This document shows positions 10,774 to 20,375 of a stretch of 64,000 bases of DNA, in pieces. The position numbers were made by a program, and so were the translations under genes. Location of the stretch: NCBI GenBank assembly GCA_946965045.2, contig OX337230.1, forward strand, positions 3,596,001-3,660,000, read 5' to 3'. How positions within the stretch are numbered: position 1 is the first letter of the stretch; each line of letters opens with the position of its first letter. The notes under the pieces are model-generated. The model did not search any database. It was not told the DNA's origin and saw only the letters and a list, made by a program, of their open reading frames with translations. The stretch comes from Epithemia pelagica. Taxonomy: Eukaryota > Protista > Bacillariophyta.

Positions 10774-10790
10774 TGGTTTTCGGATTCGCC
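10774..10790 (+). repeat. Right target-site duplication
   Basis: Identical to 2624-2640. Confidence 0.92.
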
Positions 10791-11153
10791 TCGCTCGTGG
10801 GGGAAGTCACGAGGCGAATGAAGGAAACGTCATCTTCGGAGCATTGACGTACGGTGAAGCGTTCCATGGAAGTCCGTGTCGACTGTGATTGGTGGAAAAA
10901 CGTCCCCGCAAACCACAAGAAAAAACCCATCAACGTCGTGCCGAGTGCCAACACGTTTGTGCACAATGCACTACCGTAAGGTAGGTATTGTATCGGATAT
11001 CGGCTCACATTCGAGATTGCAGTGTGTGGCATTGTCATTTGAGTCCAGAGAAGAGAAAAAAAAATACCATTCTCAATCTCTCTTCGTCTCTCTTCTCTCT
11101 TCACTCTCTCTCTCTGTCCAAGGCACAACATTGTATACCAAATCACTCGAGTC

Positions 11154-13100
11154 ATGAGGCCATTTCGATATCAACTCCTCGGCCTATGGATTGCTTCCTT
11201 GTGGTGGATGGTTCTCGAAACCACAACAACGACGACGACGGAGGCCTTTTCCATTCCCTTTGGCAAAGCGGGCGGACGAAAGCCCAACCAACCCGACAAG
11301 ATTGATTCGGGAGACGACGACAACTTTTCCATTGAACCAACGCGGCCATCGGAATGCCGACTCATTCTGTGTCAAATCACGGATGTGTACACCTTGGAAC
11401 ACTTGGCCTCCTTCAAGACCATGATTGCCGATACCAAGGCCCAGGCCGGCCCCGATACCACAGTCCTTTCCATGCTCACGGGGGACTTTTTGTCTCCCTA
11501 TCTCTTGTCGTCGGTGGACAAGGGAGCCGGCATGATGAATGCCTTGGCCAAACTGCCCTTGGACATTTTGACCTGGGGCAATCACGAGGCCGATATTGAC
11601 CATCGCTCGGTCGTGCGGCATGTGCGAAACTTTCCCGGCAAATGGCTCAATTCCAACATGCTGGACTACGAAGCCATGGATGCCCAACAGGAATATGATA
11701 TCATTCAACTCTGTTCCGCCGATGGCACGCATCGTCGCAAAGTAGGATTGTGTGCCGTGCTCAGCAACGATCCAGCTCTCTACTCGCATTTCAAGGCACC
11801 GGGTGCCTTTGGGGGAGCCACCGTGACGGATCCCTGGGAGGCCTTGGCCAAATACAAACACTTGTTGGAAGAGGAGCACGGTTGTGACTTGGTGGTGCCA
11901 CTCGAGCATCTCTATGTACCGGATGATCATAAAACGTGTCGAGACTTTGATTTTCCCCTCGTCTTGTCGGGCCACGACCATCATCGCGTCGATGAGGTGG
12001 TGGACGGAACACGGTTGCTCAAACCGGGCATGAATGCCGTGTATTCAACCGTGGTGGAAATCTCCTGGTCGGATCAAGAACAACGGAAACCTCGCATTCG
12101 AGCACGCTTTGTCCACTGCGCGGATTGGCAACCGGATCCAGTCTTGGCGGAGGAAAATGATCGAGCCTACGACGCACTCATTCCCCTCCGCAATACCGAG
12201 CTGTCGGCCGTTCCGGCCAGTTTTGAACCCTTATCGTCGGGCAATGCGCGAGGAGAAGTCTGTACCATGGGAAAATACATTTGCTCCTTGATTCGATCCG
12301 CCTTGAATGTGGATCGGGCCGACGACAGCAGCCCCGGTGTCGATGCCGTCTTGTTAATGGGTGGCAACATTCGAGGCAATGTTCAAGAATATCCTCCCGG
12401 ATCCTTTTTTTCGTTGGAAGCCTTGGAAGCGGAAACCAAATCCGATGAGGTGGTGGGAATTGTGCAAATGCCGGGTTGGTTGTTGGAACAAGGCGTCCGC
12501 GCCACCCATTCGGGAGATCCCATTCCGGGATGGATGCAATACGATGTGGGCGTCCAACAGGATGCGGCCACCAAACACGTGACGCATGTGGCCGGAGAGC
12601 CCTTGGAACGGAATCGCCTCTACCGCGTGGCCACCAAGATTAGTGATTTGACCAATGGCCAATGTGCTCCGTGGACCGACTATTACACGAAACATAAGCA
12701 CTGCTTGCCCCCGAATGGGGCCTACACCAATATCCAATCGGCCCTCATGACCTACTTTGCCAAGAATTTGTGGGAAGATTTGTGGGACAAAACGTCCGAA
12801 CTGATTGATGTCGATTGTGACGTAGACGACGATTGTGGCGCCGAGGCGCGCATGGAAGTGTTGGATAAAAATGGCCACGGCGTCGTGACCGTCGACGATG
12901 TGCAAGAAGCCTTGAGGGATTTGTTGGGAATCTCGGTCGACGAACGCGAGTCCACCTTGGCCGAAACGGTACATTCCTATGCCGACCAGACGGGAGATGG
13001 GACCGTGACACTCCAGGACATTGAATGCTTTTGCGAAGACATTCAACAAAAGATTATTCTCGAACAAAAACGGGAACCACGGCCCATGGCCCGAAAGTAA
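11154..13100 (+). CDS. 5'-nucleotidase/apyrase-family metallophosphoesterase with signal peptide and two C-terminal EF-hands (paralog A)
   Basis: Calcineurin-like motifs QITDVY, GDFLSP, GNHEAD and GHDH; nucleotidase C-domain GGNIRG; EF-hand loops DKNGHGVVTVDD and DQTGDGTVTLQD; hydrophobic N-terminus. Confidence 0.88.
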   Translation: MRPFRYQLLGLWIASLWWMVLETTTTTTTEAFSIPFGKAGGRKPNQPDKIDSGDDDNFSIEPTRPSECRLILCQITDVYTLEHLASFKTMIADTKAQAGPDTTVLSMLTGDFLSPYLLSSVDKGAGMMNALAKLPLDILTWGNHEADIDHRSVVRHVRNFPGKWLNSNMLDYEAMDAQQEYDIIQLCSADGTHRRKVGLCAVLSNDPALYSHFKAPGAFGGATVTDPWEALAKYKHLLEEEHGCDLVVPLEHLYVPDDHKTCRDFDFPLVLSGHDHHRVDEVVDGTRLLKPGMNAVYSTVVEISWSDQEQRKPRIRARFVHCADWQPDPVLAEENDRAYDALIPLRNTELSAVPASFEPLSSGNARGEVCTMGKYICSLIRSALNVDRADDSSPGVDAVLLMGGNIRGNVQEYPPGSFFSLEALEAETKSDEVVGIVQMPGWLLEQGVRATHSGDPIPGWMQYDVGVQQDAATKHVTHVAGEPLERNRLYRVATKISDLTNGQCAPWTDYYTKHKHCLPPNGAYTNIQSALMTYFAKNLWEDLWDKTSELIDVDCDVDDDCGAEARMEVLDKNGHGVVTVDDVQEALRDLLGISVDERESTLAETVHSYADQTGDGTVTLQDIECFCEDIQQKIILEQKREPRPMARK

Positions 13101-13111
13101 TGGCCCTGCCA

Positions 13112-13114
<3 letters not shown>

Positions 13115-13180
<66 letters not shown>
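13115..13180. repeat. (CA)33 microsatellite
   Basis: Pure CA run 15 bp after the nucleotidase stop codon. Confidence 0.97.
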
Positions 13181-13181
<1 letters not shown>

Positions 13182-13639
13182 GACCCGAATCTGTTTTATT
13201 CGGGTGGATTGTGTTGTTCCAATCCGTTTTTGTTTCTGGTAGAACCACGCAATTCACAAACAACAGTGAGTCGTGGCCCATTGGCAAACGTGCCAACAGG
13301 ACATGTGCTCCAACGTGCGGTCGTTGGCTCATCCATTCCACAGGAAAGGATTGGAAGAACACGACGACGACAATCAAATGCTACCCCAAGCCGCTGGATG
13401 CACACGCGCCAACACAAGAAGGAAGTTGTCGTTGGGATTCCATTCTTTTTCACAAGGCCAGCAACGATTTTTATGGACAAATATACAGCACCAACAGCAA
13501 CCAACGGGTTTTATGGACAAATACAGCAACGACAGCAGCAGCAGCAGCAGCAGCAAACCATGAGGGAGTCACCATCCACTTTTAGAGTATAAACTAGCTA
13601 TAGCTATAGGTCAGGTTTTGAAATCTCCTCGTCGTCTAC

Positions 13640-13975
13640 CTCCATTGGTCTAACCATGACTTGTAGTAGAGTGCTTGAACCAAACACTCTGGTGTTTCGT
13701 TAGCTTCGTTGTGTTCTATGGTTTATGGTAGGAGTACACTCTACACAAGAACTACCTCGCTGGGGACTAATACCTAGGTAGTAGTAGACTTATCATTGTT
13801 CGAGAATAGGGATGTGTCCAGGTGCAACTCATAATGCTTCAACACCGTGTGGTTGTGGTTTGGATCGTCCTTGTCGTCGTCGTTGTAGTAGTAGTTGTAG
13901 TGGGAACAAAAGAGTGGTACATCCAAGGATGCCACCATGGTATCGGACTGCCACCGGACCCGGTCTCCTCGTAGA
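13640..13975 (-). pseudogene. Diverged 3' fragment of a patatin gene plus downstream flank
   Basis: Minus strand reads DTMVASLDVPLFCSH..HYELHLDT, homologous to the C-terminus of 28804-30237. It has an 11-nt deletion (TACGCCGCCTG) relative to the intact gene. Confidence 0.8.
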
Positions 13976-14362
13976 CCACGTTTTCAGTCGGACTCATTGT
14001 TCAGTCACGAATTCACGCCACTCATTCTTCGGGTCATTCGTCACAACCTTTGTACGCGGTTGATACGACAGGTGAAGCAACCTTGATTTTGCACAATGGC
14101 AACCGAGCCGCTTCCTGAATATGGCAGAACAATCCCCAACAATTCCATCCTGAGTGGAATGTTGGTGTCGGTCTCACAGTCCCCCCAACACAGTGTCAGG
14201 AAGACCTGAGCCCGGTTGGACGAAAGAGGTGCGCAACAGTACTCTAGCAGAGCGGTTTTTTCTTGTCGAATGGGAACCAAAACGGTTTCCAAAAATCAGA
14301 CGTGTGCAATGAATCGTTTGGCATCTTCGCGTTCTTAATCTTGTCACACAAAAAGAGTAATC

Positions 14363-16069
14363 ATGAGGGACAGTTCAGCTTTTTATTTATCCTGCATCAA
14401 TGTTGCTGCTTTGGTAGTTTTCGTTTACCACATGTCACAGATCGAGCAACGTGAACAAGAAAGAGAACAACGTGAGCAAGAACGTGAACAAGAAAGAGAT
14501 GGCGAACGCAAGCTGTTGCTGCATTATTTCCCTTTTATGAGAAAGCCCTGGGACAAGTGTAAGATAAAGGTAGGTCTCGAGGCAAACGTTCCCAAGAGAC
14601 CTCGTAACATCAAGACCAAATCGGCCAAATTCTACTTCGAGAACATGAATGTTCCAGATGGACGTTTCAAATGCCTTGTAACGGGCAAAATTGGAGTTGG
14701 TGATGAAGTGAAACTTGCCCACATCATTCCTCGACGTTCACCCGACCAATTTTTCAAATACATTTGCCTGGATCCCAATGATCGTGACCAACCGAGGAAT
14801 ACCATGTTGCTTGCGGACAAACTAGAATCGGCATTCGATAATATGCAGATTTCGTTTTGTGAAACACCGGAATCAATCGAGTGTACTGAAGCGCGAGAGC
14901 GCCAGTACCGAGTCATGGTTTGGGATCAAAACATTCTGAATAAGAGTCTGTGGCCAGGTTCACAGTACACAGTTGAAGACTTTCAAGGTCATGTGTTCTC
15001 TTTTCCACCGGGTAAGGAGCCATTTACGCGCCTACTGAGTTGGCAGGCGCAAGATTCCTATGACAATGCTGTCAAGCTACGATGGGTATCTAAAAAAGAA
15101 TGTAAAAGACCACCTAAATTTGGAACCCCGGTGAGAGAAGTTTTCACAACACCGATTGATAATTGGATTTCCTATGCCCGTGGTGAAAGTCCACAAGCTG
15201 ACGAGAAGCAGTTTCGCGGTTGTCAAGAACGGCTTTTTCAAGATGAAGTCTCAACTAGCATCGTTTCAAGTAGTAATATTCCTTCTACCCTCTCCTTGAC
15301 GGACGAAGGAGAGGGGGTGTCCACTGACGACCTGGAAACAAAAAAAACCCACGACAAGGGTGCACAACGGAAACCAGACTCGTCTGTCGAGGAACTTGGC
15401 GTGCCATCACTTGGAAAGGATGAGTGCAGTGAATCAGTGCAGACGAACCGGACAAGCTCCAAACGGTCCATTACCAATTCAAAGCGGGGCCCTCGTCGAA
15501 TGCTGCATCATCCACCGCAAGACCTGGAGAACAACAAGCGCGTTCGCAAACTCGATAACGACCAGGAACTGGGGACCAATGGCATGGAGTCAATCCAACG
15601 GCCCGTGAGACCACTGTCATCCTCTCGAGCACTGACACGTCCCAGTGCTAGTACTACTCATCCCAGTCAGAAACATCCTGCGTCCAGCAATCAATCTGTC
15701 GTATCCAAAGGCTCGGTTCGTTCGTCGTCTTCGCCTTCTTCCCAACTGCCGTTTGGCAAAGCCGTCGGCAAACGCAGCACGGTCGACGCAGGAGATGAAC
15801 CCGTCCTGGTGGCGACTGCTCCTCGTAAGAGTAGAAGACCAGCAGCGTCATTGTCATCCAACACTCGAGGACAAGAACTGGTACCGCCCGTCCACCAAGC
15901 ACAGGAGCCAGACTTCGAGGAGACCCAGCCCGACCAAGACAACAACAACAATGTCCAGTCCAAACCTCGCACGAGCCGTACCCGGCGTCGCTTGAAATTT
16001 TTCCTTTGTGTATGCTTTTGCGTGGGTGTGGCTCTGACTCTGCTCGTGTTGGTGATTTTTTGGCCATGA
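14363..16069 (+). CDS. HNH-type (CR-HNH/HNH_2-like) endonuclease with N-terminal hydrophobic anchor, coiled coil and C-terminal TM (copy 1)
   Basis: CLVTG..KLAHIIP..RNTMLLADKLESAFD (H120, N146, E155); EQREQ coiled coil; C-terminal FFLCVCFCVGVALTLLVLVIFWP. Confidence 0.8.
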   Translation: MRDSSAFYLSCINVAALVVFVYHMSQIEQREQEREQREQEREQERDGERKLLLHYFPFMRKPWDKCKIKVGLEANVPKRPRNIKTKSAKFYFENMNVPDGRFKCLVTGKIGVGDEVKLAHIIPRRSPDQFFKYICLDPNDRDQPRNTMLLADKLESAFDNMQISFCETPESIECTEARERQYRVMVWDQNILNKSLWPGSQYTVEDFQGHVFSFPPGKEPFTRLLSWQAQDSYDNAVKLRWVSKKECKRPPKFGTPVREVFTTPIDNWISYARGESPQADEKQFRGCQERLFQDEVSTSIVSSSNIPSTLSLTDEGEGVSTDDLETKKTHDKGAQRKPDSSVEELGVPSLGKDECSESVQTNRTSSKRSITNSKRGPRRMLHHPPQDLENNKRVRKLDNDQELGTNGMESIQRPVRPLSSSRALTRPSASTTHPSQKHPASSNQSVVSKGSVRSSSSPSSQLPFGKAVGKRSTVDAGDEPVLVATAPRKSRRPAASLSSNTRGQELVPPVHQAQEPDFEETQPDQDNNNNVQSKPRTSRTRRRLKFFLCVCFCVGVALTLLVLVIFWP

Positions 16070-17367
16070 CGTGGAATTCCCGACCTGACAAGCTGGACGA
16101 ACACTCTATGTGCTGGAATGAATGAATCACAATTTGGGAGAAACACAACACCTGGATAAGAAGACTGCAATTAATGTGAAAGATGAAAAATTTGGTGCGA
16201 CGATCCAGGGGGGGGGGGGGGGTTGAGACTGATTGTTTATTGCCAAGTCATGCAGCCGATGTAGTCAATAGTGTTGAATAATCTTTATGTAATGCACATC
16301 GACCTTAGTTGGGAAAAATGTACCGCAGACTGTTTATAGGGGAAGTAATCTATTGATGTCTCGGCGAGATACCCAACCGAGCAAGTTGAGGAAAAAGCGG
16401 GTGCAGTCGTCATGACTGTTGCCAAAACTGCAGGTTCGACGACTGATTCGCGCAACGACGGACGACTTGTTCAACCAACGAAGAGCAATTTTGAGTTTTC
16501 TTGTTACTCTAGCACGATATTCGCCGATAGAGAGCAAGGCGACAAAGAGCGCCATTGTCGGACGATGGAATGGTATATTCCGTTGTGTGATCCTTCTGGC
16601 TCCTAGAGAAAGTGCAAGTTACCTACGGCGTATGGCTTTGCGGTTGTCGAAATTGCACTGTGGCTCCATCCAAACCAATAGCATTTTGCAACTCCAGAGA
16701 GCTTGCACCAAACACGGTATAGTGATTCGTTTGCTTTGTTGTAACATGGTACACTCTTCACAAGAACTACCTTGCTGGGGACTACCTGGTAGTAGACTCG
16801 TTGTTCCAGAATGGAAATGTGTCCATGTGCAACTCATAATGCTTCAACACCGTGTGGTTGTGGTTTGGATCGTCCTTGTCGTCGTCGTTGTAGTAGTAGT
16901 AGTAGTGGGAACAAAAGAGTGGTACATCCAAGGATGCCACCATGGTATCGGACTGCCACCGGACCCGGTCTCCTCGTAGACCACGTTTTCAGTCGGACTC
17001 ATTGTTCAGTCACGAATTCACGCCACTCATTCTTCGGGTCATTCGTCACAACCTTTGTACGCGGTTGATACGACAGGTGAAGCAACCTTGATTTTGCACA
17101 ATGGCAACCGAGCCGCTTCCTGAATATGGCAGAACAATCCCCAACAATTCCATCCTGAGTGGAATGTTGGTGTCGGTCTCACAGTCCCCCCAACACAGTG
17201 TCAGGAAGACTTGAGCCCGGTTGGACGAAAGAGGTGCGCAACAGTACTCTAGCAGAGCGGTTTTTTCTTGTCGAATGGGAACCAAAACGGTTTCCAAAAA
17301 TCAGACGTGTGCAATGAATCGTTTGGCATCTTCGCGTTCTTAATCTTGTCACACAAAAAGAGTAATC

Positions 17368-19074
17368 ATGAGGGACAGTTCAGCTTTTTATTTATCCTGC
17401 ATCAATGTTGCTGCTTTGGTAGTTTTCGTTTACCACATGTCACAGATCGAGCAACGTGAACAAGAAAGAGAACAACGTGAGCAAGAACGTGAACAAGAAA
17501 GAGATGGCGAACGCAAGCTGTTGCTGCATTATTTCCCTTTTATGAGAAAGCCCTGGGACAAGTGTAAGATAAAGGTAGGTCTCGAGGCAAACGTTCCCAA
17601 GAGACCTCGTAACATCAAGACCAAATCGGCCAAATTCTACTTCGAGAACATGAATGTTCCAGATGGACGTTTCAAATGCCTTGTAACGGGCAAAATTGGA
17701 GTTGGTGATGAAGTGAAACTTGCCCACATCATTCCTCGACGTTCACCCGACCAATTTTTCAAATACATTTGCCTGGATCCCAATGATCGTGACCAACCGA
17801 GGAATACCATGTTGCTTGCGGACAAACTAGAATCGGCATTCGATAATATGCAGATTTCGTTTTGTGAAACACCGGAATCAATCGAGTGTACTGAAGCGCG
17901 AGAGCGCCAGTACCGAGTCATGGTTTGGGATCAAAACATTCTGAATAAGAGTCTGTGGCCAGGTTCACAGTACACAGTTGAAGACTTTCAAGGTCATGTG
18001 TTCTCTTTTCCACCGGGTAAGGAGCCATTTACGCGCCTACTGAGTTGGCAGGCGCAAGATTCCTATGACAATGCTGTCAAGCTACGATGGGTATCTAAAA
18101 AAGAATGTAAAAGACCACCTAAATTTGGAACCCCGGTGAGAGAAGTTTTCACAACACCGATTGATAATTGGATTTCCTATGCCCGTGGTGAAAGTCCACA
18201 AGCTGACGAGAAGCAGTTTCGCGGTTGTCAAGAACGGCTTTTTCAAGATGAAGTCTCAACTAGCATCGTTTCAAGTAGTAATATTCCTTCTACCCTCTCC
18301 TTGACGGACGAAGGAGAGGGGGTGTCCACTGACGACCTGGAAACAAAAAAAACCCACGACAAGGGTGCACAACGGAAACCAGACTCGTCTGTCGAGGAAC
18401 TTGGCGTGCCATCACTTGGAAAGGATGAGTGCAGTGAATCAGTGCAGACGAACCGGACAAGCTCCAAACGGTCCATTACCAATTCAAAGCGGGGCCCTCG
18501 TCGAATGCTGCATCATCCACCGCAAGACCTGGAGAACAACAAGCGCGTTCGCAAACTCGATAACGACCAGGAACTGGGGACCAATGGCATGGAGTCAATC
18601 CAACGGCCCGTGAGACCACTGTCATCCTCTCGAGCACTGACACGTCCCAGTGCTAGTACTACTCATCCCAGTCAGAAACATCCTGCGTCCAGCAATCAAT
18701 CTGTCGTATCCAAAGGCTCGGTTCGTTCGTCGTCTTCGCCTTCTTCCCAACTGCCGTTTGGCAAAGCCGTCGGCAAACGCAGCACGGTCGACGCAGGAGA
18801 TGAACCCGTCCTGGTGGCGACTGCTCCTCGTAAGAGTAGAAGACCAGCAGCGTCATTGTCATCCAACACTCGAGGACAAGAACTGGTACCGCCCGTCCAC
18901 CAAGCACAGGAGCCAGACTTCGAGGAGACCCAGCCCGACCAAGACAACAACAACAATGTCCAGTCCAAACCTCGCACGAGCCGTACCCGGCGTCGCTTGA
19001 AATTTTTCCTTTGTGTATGCTTTTGCGTGGGTGTGGCTCTGACTCTGCTCGTGTTGGTGATTTTTTGGCCATGA
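17368..19074 (+). CDS. HNH-type endonuclease, copy 2
   Basis: Protein identical to copy 1. Confidence 0.8.
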   Translation: MRDSSAFYLSCINVAALVVFVYHMSQIEQREQEREQREQEREQERDGERKLLLHYFPFMRKPWDKCKIKVGLEANVPKRPRNIKTKSAKFYFENMNVPDGRFKCLVTGKIGVGDEVKLAHIIPRRSPDQFFKYICLDPNDRDQPRNTMLLADKLESAFDNMQISFCETPESIECTEARERQYRVMVWDQNILNKSLWPGSQYTVEDFQGHVFSFPPGKEPFTRLLSWQAQDSYDNAVKLRWVSKKECKRPPKFGTPVREVFTTPIDNWISYARGESPQADEKQFRGCQERLFQDEVSTSIVSSSNIPSTLSLTDEGEGVSTDDLETKKTHDKGAQRKPDSSVEELGVPSLGKDECSESVQTNRTSSKRSITNSKRGPRRMLHHPPQDLENNKRVRKLDNDQELGTNGMESIQRPVRPLSSSRALTRPSASTTHPSQKHPASSNQSVVSKGSVRSSSSPSSQLPFGKAVGKRSTVDAGDEPVLVATAPRKSRRPAASLSSNTRGQELVPPVHQAQEPDFEETQPDQDNNNNVQSKPRTSRTRRRLKFFLCVCFCVGVALTLLVLVIFWP

Positions 19075-20375
19075 CGTGGAATTCCCGACCTGACAAGCTG
19101 GACGAACACTCTATGTGCTGGAATGAATGAATCACAATTTGGGAGAAACACAACACCTGGATAAGAAGACTGCAATTAATGTGAAAGATGAAAAATTTGG
19201 TGCGACGATCCAGGGGGGGGGGGGGGGGGGTTGAGACTGATTGTTTATTGCCAAGTCATGCAGCCGATGTAGTCAATAGTGTTGAATAATCTTTATGTAA
19301 TGCACATCGACCTTAGTTGGGAAAAATGTACCGCAGACTGTTTATAGGGGAAGTAATCTATTGATGTCTCGGCGAGATACCCAACCGAGCAAGTTGAGGA
19401 AAAAGCGGGTGCAGTCGTCATGACTGTTGCCAAAACTGCAGGTTCGACGACTGATTCGCGCAACGACGGACGACTTGTTCAACCAACGAAGAGCAATTTT
19501 GAGTTTTCTTGTTACTCTAGCACGATATTCGCCGATAGAGAGCAAGGCGACAAAGAGCGCCATTGTCGGACGATGGAATGGTATATTCCGTTGTGTGATC
19601 CTTCTGGCTCCTAGAGAAAGTGCAAGTTACCTACGGCGTATGGCTTTGCGGTTGTCGAAATTGCACTGTGGCTCCATCCAAACCAATAGCATTTTGCAAC
19701 TCCAGAGAGCTTGCACCAAACACGGTATAGTGATTCGTTTGCTTTGTTGTAACATGGTACACTCTTCACAAGAACTACCTTGCTGGGGACTACCTGGTAG
19801 TAGACTCGTTGTTCCAGAATGGAAATGTGTCCATGTGCAACTCATAATGCTTCAACACCGTGTGGTTGTGGTTTGGATCGTCCTTGTCGTCGTCGTTGTA
19901 GTAGTAGTAGTAGTGGGAACAAAAGAGTGGTACATCCAAGGATGCCACCATGGTATCGGACTGCCACCGGACCCGGTCTCCTCGTAGACCACGTTTTCAG
20001 TCGGACTCATTGTTCAGTCACGAATTCACGCCACTCATTCTTCGGGTCATTCGTCACAACCTTTGTACGCGGTTGATACGACAGGTGAAGCAACCTTGAT
20101 TTTGCACAATGGCAACCGAGCCGCTTCCTGAATATGGCAGAACAATCCCCAACAATTCCATCCTGAGTGGAATGTTGGTGTCGGTCTCACAGTCCCCCCA
20201 ACACAGTGTCAGGAAGACTTGAGCCCGGTTGGACGAAAGAGGTGCGCAACAGTACTCTAGCAGAGCGGTTTTTTCTTGTCGAATGGGAACCAAAACGGTT
20301 TCCAAAAATCAGACGTGTGCAATGAATCGTTTGGCATCTTCGCGTTCTTAATCTTGTCACACAAAAAGAGTAATC

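Noticed and set aside
12354-13585. ORFs with HTHT/CVCV runs and the poly-Q ORF at 13209-13592
   Set aside because: These are translations of the (CA)33 and (CAG)n microsatellites or antisense to the nucleotidase gene.
13988-16370. HNH module as a TIR transposon or Helitron
   Set aside because: The shared boundaries with the 44-46 kb paralog show no TIRs, TSD or convincing TC..CTRR/hairpin ends that I could identify.
16419-16979. 186-aa ORF repeated in each unit (and the 232-aa version at 28441)
   Set aside because: It starts at TTG, has no recognisable motif, and is partly antisense to patatin-derived sequence and simple repeats.
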